Notes under the pieces: generated by a model
Databases searched by the model: none
The model's input: only the letters and a program-made list of their open reading frames with translations
What the model was told of the DNA's origin: nothing
Shown here: piece by piece, positions 13,049-23,452 of the stretch
How the letters are laid out: the number at the start of each line of letters is the position of its first letter
Position numbering within the stretch: position 1 is the first letter of the stretch
Made by a program: the position numbers and the translations under genes
Source: Lama glama
Taxonomy: Eukaryota
Assembly (NCBI GenBank): GCA_028534125.1
Contig: CM052818.1
Span: forward strand, 41,790,001 to 41,854,000
DNA length: 64,000 nt
Direction: 5' to 3'

Positions 13049-13999
13049 CACCCTCCACGGCTGACTCATTCACAAACGTCACTGTCCCCCCTCCCCCAAC
13101 ATCCAGAGCACCAGGAACGCTTGATGAGGCCCTGGAGTGAAGGCTGAATCTGGTAAGAGCCCTCAGGATGCTCAGAGTCCAGAGTGGAGGCAGATATTTC
13201 AAGAGAGAATCCCACCAGGGGACCAAGGGGCACGCCATGAGGGGAAGGCAGGTGCGTGCACCTAAAGGAATGAGGATGTCTGTGGGGACAGAGAGCCAAC
13301 ACCATGGACCCTCTCACCCCTGGCCTCTGCATGGCCGCTCCCAGCATCCGCCTCGGCCTCTTTTGCGCCCGTATATGTGATTGACTGGCCTCTGCCCATC
13401 CTCCAAGACTCTTGTCCTCATAAATCCCCAGCACATGCAGATTGGGCAGTCTGTTCTGCCTCTGACCAGGAAAGCCCTCAGTCGGCCAGGACCCTGACCT
13501 TAGCCATGACCGGCCAGCCCACAGCCCAAGTTGCCACAGAGCCACAGCAGTCAAGGGGACCACACCACCTTCCCAGCAGCCCCCCAAACTCATTAGCCTC
13601 CTCTCTTCCGTCTCCAGGCTTGAGTTCTGGAGATGGGCAATACAAAGAAAGTCACGTGTTCTACGGGTGACAGCAATGGCATTAGCTCGGAATGCAAGCA
13701 GAAGGTTTACCTTCCATCAAGTGGAGGATCTTTTTGTCTCCAAATATGACAAGGGAAGGAGCCCAAGAAATGCAACAATGAGCAAAGCGTGTGGACCACC
13801 CCCCGGCCCCTGGGGGCCTAGAGCAGCATGGTTGGAGGGAGCCCCTCTCTCCTGCTCTGCATCCCACGGGACTTTGGTCCAGCCTCTATCACAACACCCA
13901 CCAGAGGTTAACCTCTTGCTAATTTTGTGCAAAGTGACCTCCTCTGCTAGTTTTGTTTTTTTAAGGGCAGGGAATGGATCTTCACTTACCCTCGTAATC

Positions 14000-14290
14000 A
14001 TTCAGGCATTCACCCACGTATCCATTCAGTCAACAAAATTTACCGAGCACCTGCTATACTCCGAGACCCTGCCTTAGTCCCCAGGAATATGAAGACAAAT
14101 AAGACACAGTTCCTGCCCTCAGGGCTCCAACTGTGGAAACAGAAAAATGCAGAGAGCAATAGAAGTTTAGAGAAGAAGGTACATTTTCCCTGTTTCAGAA
14201 TATCCAGGAATGTATCACAGAGAATGAGACATTTCAACTGGGTTTTGAAGGATGAATAGGAACTCTTTTAGACAGAAAGGCATTGCAGTT
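14000..14290 (-). mobile_element. LINE-2 fragment
   Basis: cattcagtcaacaaaatttaccgagcacctgcta...aataagacacagttcctgccctcagggctc matches the reversed L2 3' end. Confidence 0.65.
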
Positions 14291-14419
14291 TTGAACATGC
14301 TCCATCTTCCCTGATGAAGTCTCAGAGGCCGTGGCACCTAGAAGATGCTCAGAAACTGTTGCATCGTGTGAGATGCCAATTCAGTCCTAGGACAGTGGAA
14401 AGAAGGCATCATTCTCACT

Positions 14420-14752
14420 CCTCTTCCTCAAACCTGGAATCCAAATAGAATCCCCTTGGGGGGGGGTCTTAAAAAACACTGCTGTTTCAGCCCGCCCCAG
14501 AGATCCAGATGCCACAGGCCCAAGATGCTGCCTCGTCATTGGAACTTTTAAAAGCTCCCTAGGTAATTCCAACGTGCACCCATGTCTGAGAACCCTGATT
14601 TAGATCCATGCTTCTCAAACTTCATGTGCAAATCCACCCAGGAGATCAGGTTAAAATGCAGCTTCAGATGTAGCAGGTCTGGGGTGGGGCCTGAGATTCT
14701 GCATTTCTAACAAGTTCCTGGTGCTGCGGGTCCTGGGACCATGCTTTGAGTC
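14420..14752. mobile_element. Two adjacent hAT-Charlie MITEs (MER5B-like then MER5A-like)
   Basis: ttaaaagctccctaggtaattccaacgtgca...tgagaaccctg, then tgcttctcaaactt...aggtctggggtggggcctgagattctgcatttctaacaagttcc...tttgagt. Confidence 0.75.
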
Positions 14753-14929
14753 AGAAGAGTCCCTGAGGCTGAATCCCTGAGCCAATTCAACAGGTCTCAG
14801 ATCTTGCCTGCACCTGGGGGCGATGACTCTGCTCTCCCAGGTTCTAACCTGTAGCTCAGGATTGGGAGGGGGTGCTGGGGGCAGGCCGAGCAGTCAAGGC
14901 CACAGTGGGTGCATGGGCGAGGGGAGGGG

Positions 14930-15240
14930 AGGACGGGAACTGAACTGTTTACCCGTGTTTTAAGAGCTGGCATGGCCACACTCAAGGCCAAGGAGCAGCC
15001 AAGGGGGCCCGGCCAGCCGGCCAACATCCCAGCGCGGAGGGTGGCGGCGGCCGAGGCCGCGGCTGCGTTGGCAGGAGCTGCCTTCTGGGTAAACATTGTT
15101 CTGGGTTTTTTTCTTTTCTTTCTCTTCAAACAAGCCCTTCCCAGCGCTGGCCACATAACCCTAAACAAGGCCTCTCAGTGCTGTTGACACAAAGGCACAA
15201 ATGGTGTCATTCCAGCCCAGAGATAAAACTCTGATCCTCC
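14930..15240. promoter_or_regulatory. Candidate enhancer (forkhead/SOX/GATA/TEAD motif cluster around a CpG-rich core)
   Basis: TGTTTAC 14946, GTAAACA 15089, CATTGTT 15094, TAAACAA 15162, TGTTGAC 15182, ACAAAGG 15189, CATTCC 15208, AGATAA 15221; no recognisable repeat. Confidence 0.4.
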
Positions 15241-16129
15241 CATAATGGGGGGCATTTCCTCTTGGGAAGAACACCAGCACATCAGGCAATTCAACACGCC
15301 CGGCCTAAGCCCTGCCCTCCGGCTAGGCTCCGGTTTTTTGTTGTTCGGGGTGGATTTCTTTCTCCCCAAAGCCCTGCTTGTTTCATGTGCCTCCGTCAGC
15401 AGATATGTCAACCCCAGACAATGGCCTCTTTCTGCAGACAATGGTCAGCGTGAGGAATGTCGCAGGAGGGCAGGGCTTCAGGAGGGACAATCAGCTTTCA
15501 GAATCCAGTGGCCGAGTGGGTGATGCAGGGAGGGTCCTGCTGTCACCGGGGCAGCCTCCTCAAAGGCACCATTTATAGGACACGCAGCCCCAGAAAAATG
15601 GATGCTTTGGGCAACTGCGGATTTAGAGGGCGCTGAGCCCGCTGCTGCTGCGGGTAGACCCCGTTACCTGCTTTATCGGCCTCCGGAGGCTCCGGCAGCC
15701 GCAGCCCCAGCCAAGCAGACTTTGTTGAATGAAAAAACAAATAGTCACCCCCAAATTAGACCGAAGCCGGCTGTTCCCCACACTGCCCCTCCTGCCATCC
15801 CCAGCCTGGGCCTCCATTGGCCAGCTCTCTAGAAAAGAAAGGGCTTATTCATCCCCCTAAGGTGGAAACTTGCTTTCTCCGGGGGAAATTGTGTAACCGT
15901 TTTGTAGTGGAATCGACTAGAGTCCTCAAGGTCTTTCGGAAAAAGAAAAACAGATAAGGGGGCGGAGGTTGGAGCCGGGGCTGGCAGCCTTCTTGTTAGA
16001 TTTGCTCACTGCGGAATGATTTTTCTGACAGAGGCCACAGGCCTGAACATCATGTCGGTTGGTCCCTGGATTCCAAGGACCCTCACTGCAATTGGAAAAT
16101 TCAAGAAACTTTTTTGGCAGATAGCCATG

Positions 16130-16340
16130 CATCCATTCATTCACTCCTCTAGCACAATGCCTGACACATAGTAGGTGCTAGGTGCTTAGTAACCATTTGT
16201 TGAATGAATGAGACAGTTTGTAATTATCTAATGCTCTCTCTCCCTGCTTAAAAAACTTTCAGTAGCTCCCCTGTGCCTATAGTATAAATTTCATTTTTCT
16301 TAGCATTGCCTGCAACTTATTCCCTGGACCCTCAAATACC
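16130..16340 (+). mobile_element. LINE-2 fragments
   Basis: ctagcacaatgcctgacacatagtaggtgc...tttgttgaatgaatg (L2 end) and ccctgcttaaaaaactttcagtagctcccc (internal L2). Confidence 0.65.
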
Positions 16341-16395
16341 TCTCCAACCTCACAATCCCCACCTCTTCTCCCCCACATGCCCCTAACGCCCCACA

Positions 16396-16433
16396 ACACA
16401 CGCGCGCGCACACACACACACACATATACACGC
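16396..16433. repeat. Alternating purine-pyrimidine tract (CA/CG/TA)
   Basis: acacacgcgcgcgcacacacacacacacatatacacgc read directly. Confidence 0.9.
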
Positions 16434-16761
16434 TGCTACTATTTCCTGAACCAAAGCACTGTGTGAGCCCCTAGGCCTTGGTCCCTGCTGTCCCAAGACC
16501 CTTACCCAGCTTCTTACAGACATCTGGAGCGCTCCTCCCGCTCCAGACTCACCTCCAGTGTTTGCTCTTCCTCTGGAAAGCAATCATTGTGCTTCTGAGT
16601 ATGGCCTCGCTATAGTACATGGCCCAATCATGACAGTTACCATGATGTTATTTCTCTGTCCCGACCAGACATGGACTCCTTAAGAGCAGGGACTGAGCCT
16701 GATTGAGCCCTGTATGCCGAGCTGGGGCCCAGGGTCTGGTCCATCACAGATTCCCAGGAAG

Positions 16762-16873
16762 CAGGAGACCAGCCGACCCTGGTGTGCTCAGGGGAGTCCT
16801 CATTTTAGCACTGGAAGTCCCGTGTCCCAGAAAGCAACCCAGTCCTGGGCAAACCAGGACTACTGGTCCCCCT
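16762..16873. mobile_element. hAT-Blackjack MITE (MER81-like)
   Basis: ttttagcactggaagtcccgtgtcccag...cagtcctgggcaaaccaggac...tggtcccc matches my recollection of MER81; ~110 bp. Confidence 0.7.
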
Positions 16874-17599
16874 TTGGTGAGTAGTGAATGAATAAAGGCC
16901 CGAGTCATGTATAGGAAGACTGTGAGCCAGGCCCCGGGCTCATTTGATCTCAGGGCATTTAAACAACCCAGCATCTCTTCCAAACAGCCCTGCTGCCCAG
17001 CATTGCAAAGGGATGAGTCTGCGCTGTTGAATGAGCGTTAAGTCCATTAGGCACCTTTCCTTGGCCCTTGTTTATCTTCCCGGCTATCTCTTCCGGCAAG
17101 TAGCCACATTGTTTGTAATGCATCTGTTGACATCTGCCTTATCTCCCCGGATTTGCCCCGGATCTGCCTGGGTCTGCTGCCCTCCAAGAGGATGAGCCCT
17201 CCAGCCTCACCGTGGAATTCTTAGCTGAGGTTTTATAAGTCAAAAGGTCCACGCGGGCTCTCGGTTCTCAAAGCAGCCCGCAGCCCCAGGCCCTCAGCAA
17301 AGGCGCGATGCCAGCCCTACCCCATTTGTCTGCTCGGCCTCCCTCGGACCCTCAGGCAGCTTGGACCCATCTGCTTCCCAGTTCTAGGTCACATCAAGCT
17401 GAGAAAGGATCAGGCTTCATTTGACCTGAGAGGGCTGTGGCATCTGGCTACTCCCCCCGTCCCAACTCCTCCCCATCCTGGCCAAACGAGCCGAAATCCC
17501 CCACCCCCTCTGATGAACTTTCAGGGACGGCATCTCTCCTGGACGGTGATTTCAGAGCTCCTGGGAAGTGTGACCCCAGAGAAGCCGCAAAAGCAGGCA

Positions 17600-17775
17600 C
17601 ATCTGGCTTGAATTCCAGCTTAGCCATTTAGCTGGGTGATTTCAGGGAAGTTATTTAACCATTCTGTGCAGCCTCATTTAAACAGGGACATTTACAGAGT
17701 CCATGTGATTATAAAGATGATAGGAGATTGACAAGGCATCCAGTTCAGTGTCTAGTAGACAGTAGCTGCTCCAAA
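17600..17775 (+). mobile_element. MIR
   Basis: ttgaattccagcttagccatttagctgggtgatttcagggaagttatttaaccattctgtg resembles the MIR core. Confidence 0.6.
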
Positions 17776-18974
17776 GGCTACTTCTCTCACCGTCAACACA
17801 AGGAGAATAAACAGCCATTTGGAGTGAATCTATTCAGGACCTTGGATCTCTACTCTTCGGAATCTCACTGCTGACTAGAGAAGGGACAGATCACTGGGCA
17901 GGGGTCGCCAAGCTCTGCCCCTTCTAAATGTCCTGTCCCCTAGGAGGAGGGCCAGAGTTGCCGAAGCTGTCCCCAAAACCGAGATGGAAGGAAATTGTTA
18001 CTTTAAACTGGAATGTTCCAAAGAATCTTTGGTTAACAAAGGACAAGAAAAATAAATATCAACAGATGGATTTCTTTTTAATCCTTGCCCTAAAAATTCA
18101 CAATAGAAATACTAAAATTGGCCAAAAATTGATTTTAAAGCACAGCTTGAAGGCAAACACAAGGCATCTGGATGTCACACTTGTAAGAAACAACAGTCTG
18201 AAAGCCTTCTCATTCCCCTTGTTAAACAATAATAATAATTTCCTTTCGTCCAGAAGCAATTCCCTGGCTTTCCGGGAGGCCAAGGCTGTACGTGCTATGC
18301 GTTGACCACCTGCCCTTTAAAAATGCGTGTATTTAACCAGCTTGCTCCTTCCCATCACCCACAACGGCTTCATCTATCATTGGGACGATCCCTACCCACC
18401 TTTCAGCTTCTTTCTTTCCATTTAATTGTCATGCCCCTCTTTATTCCTGGCTTGCTTCTATGAACACTTTGACTTTTTATTAAATCAAAATGAATTGCTT
18501 GCACTCTAAGCAATCAGGGACGAGCTGCAAAACTCTGACATGTTTGGGAAGTCCTGCTAAGGTTTTTACTTCCAGCGGTAGGCCTGAATTAATGGCTTGA
18601 GGGCAATCTTTTTGTTAGGACGTTGCATGTCGGTGTCTGGATTCGTATGTGTTTGAGAACGTGTCATGTGTGAGAACACAACACAGGCCCAGGAGGGATA
18701 AATATTCTAATGGTCAGGACATCGTGCAGCACCAAGGAACCCTATGTCAGCAGCCAGGGCTTTCTATCACATTCTATGTTATGAAAAGTCAGGTTGGAGA
18801 AAAACTGGAAATTAATTGGGATAGCCATAAAGGCGACACTTGACACATTACCGCACATGCGGTACTCATTTTTTCCCAATTAGCCTTTCAAAATACTTGC
18901 TTTTGTTCCTCCCTAATTTCTGGGTAATTGTCCACTTTGGAACTCTTACGAAGTGGGTAGGTATTTGAGGACCA

Positions 18975-18997
18975 TGATGACCTGTGACCTTTGACCC
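18975..18997 (-). promoter_or_regulatory. Nuclear-receptor DR1-type element, copy 2 (three tandem half-sites)
   Basis: TGACCT-G-TGACCT-T-TGACCC, i.e. two overlapping DR1s. Motif match only. Confidence 0.4.
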
Positions 18998-20159
18998 AAG
19001 GTGATCTTTACTGGGTGGGGGGAGGGAATCCATGAAAGATTGATTTGCACAGAGCTGAGTTAGACAAACAGGCCATTCACATAACTCCAAATCCAGAGGC
19101 AAGTCAGGTAAAAATGTTAGCAACCTTTGTGGCCTGGAATTTCCTGTCTCTATATGGGGACAGTACTTCTCGTAGCCTCTGCAAGGGTTGATGAAGACAT
19201 TTCTGGATCTTCCCCTTCAAATAATCCCCCATAATAATTCAATGGACCATCCGAGGCCCCACCAATGGGTGCACTGGCTTCTTGCCAGATACTCTTTTGA
19301 AGGAACCAAATGGGTGCCTTTTATATAACTTTGAGCAGTAATTCTAAATACTTCCATTACAGGCATTCCCTTTTTTTTTTTAAATCTTTCCTCCAAAGAG
19401 CCCAAGTTTAGGGAAGATTTTTTTTTTTCTTTTAAAAATCTGTACCGTTTTAATGACTTTGTTTCCCCAGTCATCAAAACACAGGAGAATGGATATTGGA
19501 GCTCCTGACAGGGCTGGGGTTCTGGGAGCTGCCACACGGAAGGCCACAGTCACAACCAGAGGGAAACCGGTGGATGCTGCACACTGCCGGGAGAAGTCTC
19601 GAGTCAGGGCATGATTGCCTCCACACTGAGAAAAGAGTTTTAAGTGTTCTCAGCTCCTGTTACTGCTGATCCAGAAACCTCATTTGGTGTGGAGGAGCCC
19701 GGGCTGGGAAGCACTGACCCCAAGTGTCACTCCCACCACCTCTGAGCCCACTGACCACTCAACTGTGGGGCGAGGCGGGTGGGAGGAATGGTGGGGGAGA
19801 AGGCACGCAGGCTTGGATCATTTTCCCAGTAAATTGTATTCATTGTAAGATGAAGAAGAAGGGGGAAAGAAAGAACTTGATGACATGAAAGAAAATTGTA
19901 AAACAGGGACACACCAAGAGTAATCCTATGACCACTGTTTTTATTTTCTCCTCCGTCATCCCCAGTCTTGAGCCACATGCACACACTCTGTGGATTCCTC
20001 ATTGGTGAACTTGCCTCTGCACTGAAATGTGTTTGTGACCCCAAAACCAATGCTTGCAGCCCTTTCTTGGTCTTCCAGAGCCTTGCACAAAGTGGTGAAA
20101 AAGTTGCATCACCTACACTCCCCTCCCCAGCCAAGGGTGAACATGGAGATGTTCTGCCT

Positions 20160-20515
20160 TCCTGTTTAAAACGGTCCTCGGCTGTCACGCCGCCTAGTGT
20201 TCCTAAGCATGAGAAGGCTGTGACATGCTTTACAGAAAAGATACATGTTAGGAAAGCCTCCTTAGGGCATGAGCTATAGCACTGTTGCCCCTTAGTTCCA
20301 TGTTAATAAATCAATGATATATAAATAAAGCATCTTTAAGCATATGCACACATAAAATAAGGTTATGAATTAATCAGTCAATAAAAATGTTGTAACCAGA
20401 GGCTCCCAGGAACCTAACCACGTATTTCTCTTAGGAGCAATGGTTCCTGTTCACCAATTCAGGGTTCACTGTGACTTCACAGAATATGACAACTGCAAAT
20501 ATCGAAAATCAGCTG
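20160..20515. mobile_element. TcMar-Tigger non-autonomous DNA transposon fragment (MER82-like)
   Basis: ctagtgttcctaagcatgagaaggctgtga...cacataaaataaggttatg...accagaggctcccaggaacctaacc, ending aatcagctg followed by TA (20516-17). Confidence 0.75.
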
Positions 20516-20880
20516 TACTCACAGTTTCATTTCCTGCTTCTCTCGGTTCCTATTACATCATAAACACTTGTCAGGATCACTATATGATGATGCTCTTTTG
20601 TGCGTCCTCTTCACCATTCCCTTATTATTGGATCTTCACCTTTTTTCTAAAATTTCAGCCTTATAGACAAAGCTGCCAAGAGTACATGGTGTGTGAGCTC
20701 CAAGAGATCATTTACCATGTCAGGGCTTGACATATAGTTTATCTCAAATAAATGTTCACTGAATGAAAAGATGACTTAAGATTGGACACGATAGTCAGGG
20801 ACCATCCCATCCAATATGGAAGGTTCTCAGCAGGCATTCAGTAAATACCTGTTCTTTGACATATTAACATCTGTTCATCC

Positions 20881-21614
20881 GTCTACAGTGTTGTTGGGAA
20901 TGTAAATTGGCATAACCACTATGGAGAACAGTATGGAGGTGCCTTAAAAAATTAAAAATGAAGTTACCGTATGATCCAACAATCCCACTCCTGGGCATAT
21001 ATCCAGAAACGATGAAAATTCTAATTCAAAAAGCTACAGGCACCTCAGTATTTGTAGCAGCACTGTTTACAATAGCCAAGACCTGGAAGCAACCTAAATG
21101 TCAATCAACATATGAATGAATAAAGAAGATGTGGTATCTATATACAATGAAATATTAATCAATCATAAAAAAGAAGGAAATAATGTGATTTGCAGCAACA
21201 TGGATGGACCTAGAGATGATCCTACTAAGTGAAGTAAGTCAGACAGAGAAAGAAAGATAAATATATGATATCATTTATATGTGAAATCTAGAAAAATAAC
21301 ATAAATAAACTTATGTACAAAACAGAAAGAGACTCATAGACATAGAAAACAAACTTACGGTCACCAAAGGGGAAGTGGGGAAAGGGATAAATTAGGAGTT
21401 TGGGATTAACAGATATAAACCACAACATATAAAACAGATAAACAACAGGGACTGACTGTGTAGCGCAAGGAATTATATTCAGTATCTTGTAATAACTCAT
21501 AATGGAAAATAACCTGAAAAAGAATATATATATGTGCATCTAGATAAGTGAATCACTTTGCTGTACACCTTAAACTAACACATTATGAATCAAATATACT
21601 TCAGTTTTTTAAAA
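20881..21614 (+). mobile_element. 5'-truncated LINE-1 with TSD
   Basis: ORF2 end (ttgggaatgtaaattgg...caatcccactcctgggcatatatccaga) plus 3' UTR; TSD atctgttcatcc (20869-20880) vs atctgtccatcc (21615-21626). Confidence 0.93.
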
Positions 21615-21629
21615 ATCTGTCCATCCCCT

Positions 21630-21830
21630 GCCATGTGCTATGTAGCTAACCCCAGGCCCACATCTTTACTTCCACTGTATCATTTAATTCTCGTAGCTTC
21701 AGAGGTCAGTTCTATTAGCCTCATTTTACCAGTAAAGAAACTGGGACTTTTTGCCAGTAAGGAAACTGGGACTTACTTGAGGAAGCAGTATGTGCAAAGT
21801 CACACAGCTGACCGGAGCCACCGCGGTGCT
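21630..21830 (-). mobile_element. MIR containing a 25-bp tandem duplication
   Basis: tatcatttaattctcgtagc...tattagcctcattttaccagtaaagaaactg...caaagtcacacagctg, reverse MIR. Confidence 0.6.
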
Positions 21831-22679
21831 TCTGGCCCACGTCGAGGTGACACCCAACGCCCTGCCCTTTCTACCGCCCCAGGCGGAAGCCCTCGGTGTG
21901 TGTTGAGCCGTACGAACGCAGCCCCTCTGCCGTCACCGGATCAGGGCGAGCAGGAGCAGCGGGCCTCCTGAAGGGCCCACGGGGACACATAATCCCTCCG
22001 GCTCTGCTTCCTCCTCCCCTCCCCTCAATTCTCCCGCCTGAATTCCCCCTTTCACCTGTAATCACACATGCCTGACGTGATGCCCGCTTCCATTCTCTGG
22101 TCCCAGGCCCTGCCTTTAGAGAGGTAATTGGCGGGCACTCAGCCTTCCAACCTGATCCCAGGTAAATTGAAACCCACCCCTGACTAGACTGTTCTGTGGG
22201 AATGGACGAGGCGATGCAAACAGGGCCAAGGCTGTGGGATTCCAGAGCTTCTCAAGGTGGGGGTTTTGATCTCCTCTCTTTATTTGGGGGTGATGGGGAG
22301 GGATATATTGAGCCCTTTCTTGGCACGTATGAGGTAAAGATGGAAATAAAGCTTGCATCATTCTATCTGCATTTCAAAACCAGAGCGATCCCCTCGCTGG
22401 GTATCTCCCACCCAGGGAAGGCTGCCTGGTGCCAGGCACAGACCCTCGGGTATTGTTAACAGAACAGCTCAGATATGGTGGTGAGTCCCAAAGGGGTCAG
22501 AAGCTTCCTGCAAATTCAGAAGCACCCTGGTTAGTTTGTCAATGACCTTCCTCATTTGCTATGTTACACAGCGCTGATAGAGCCCCGTGCTTTCTGTCTC
22601 GTGATGCCATCAGGGAGGAATAGAGAAGGTGTTCCCCGCTCCAGGAATGGCCTTACCACCTGCCTGTCACTCCCAACTC

Positions 22680-22930
22680 ATCTCTCTTAAAAGACCCAGG
22701 TCAGAGTGTTTTCCTTCTTTGAAGACTTCTCCCACAGAATTCTGCAGCAGCATCCCCTTTGCCACACGCTGCACCGTGTAAGCTCACTGTACCCAACACA
22801 CTGTCCTGAAGCACGGACTTATGATGTCTGTCTCTCCTGCAGACAAAGCCCATTCCTCATCCATCGCTGGGTCCTTGGAGGCGCCGAGTCTTCCACATAG
22901 AAGGTGTTCTGCAAGCACTGAATGAATAAA
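22680..22930 (+). mobile_element. LINE-2 3' fragment
   Basis: Ends cacatagaaggtgttctgcaagcactgaatgaataaat. Confidence 0.5.
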
Positions 22931-22997
22931 TGGGAGAAGGCAGAGGTCAACATCTTAAAAAGAGATTGCAGTGTCTTCTTGAATGTTCACTAAGGTA

Positions 22998-23452
22998 CAG
23001 ACAGACATCATTTTATTGGGCTTCGCAGATACTGCATTTTTTACGTGAAGGTTTGTGGCAGCCTTGCATCGAGCAAGTCTACTGGTGTAATTTTTCCAAC
23101 AGCATTGGCTCACTTCATGTCTCTCTATCACATTTTGGTAAATACGGCAATATTTCAAAATTTTTCTTCATTATTTTATTTGTTTTGTGGATCTGTGATC
23201 GGTGATCTTTGATGTGACTACTAGGACTTGCTGAAGGCTCAGATGATGGTTAGAATTTTTTAGCAATAAGGTATTTTTTAATTAAGGTGTGTGCATTGTT
23301 TTTTAGACATAATAGTATTGCACACATAATAGATCACAGTATATTGTGAACATAACTTTTATATGCACTGGGAAACCCGAAAAATATGTGTGACTCACTT
23401 TCTTGCTATATTTGTTTTATTGCTGTGATCTGAAACTGAACCCACAATACCC
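22998..23452 (+). mobile_element. Internally deleted Tigger1 derivative (Tigger1a-like)
   Basis: TA then cagacagacatcattttattgggcttcgcagatactgcatttttta (Tigger1 left end) joined near 23220 to gacttgctgaaggctcagatgatggttag...tgtgactcacttt (right end). Confidence 0.85.
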
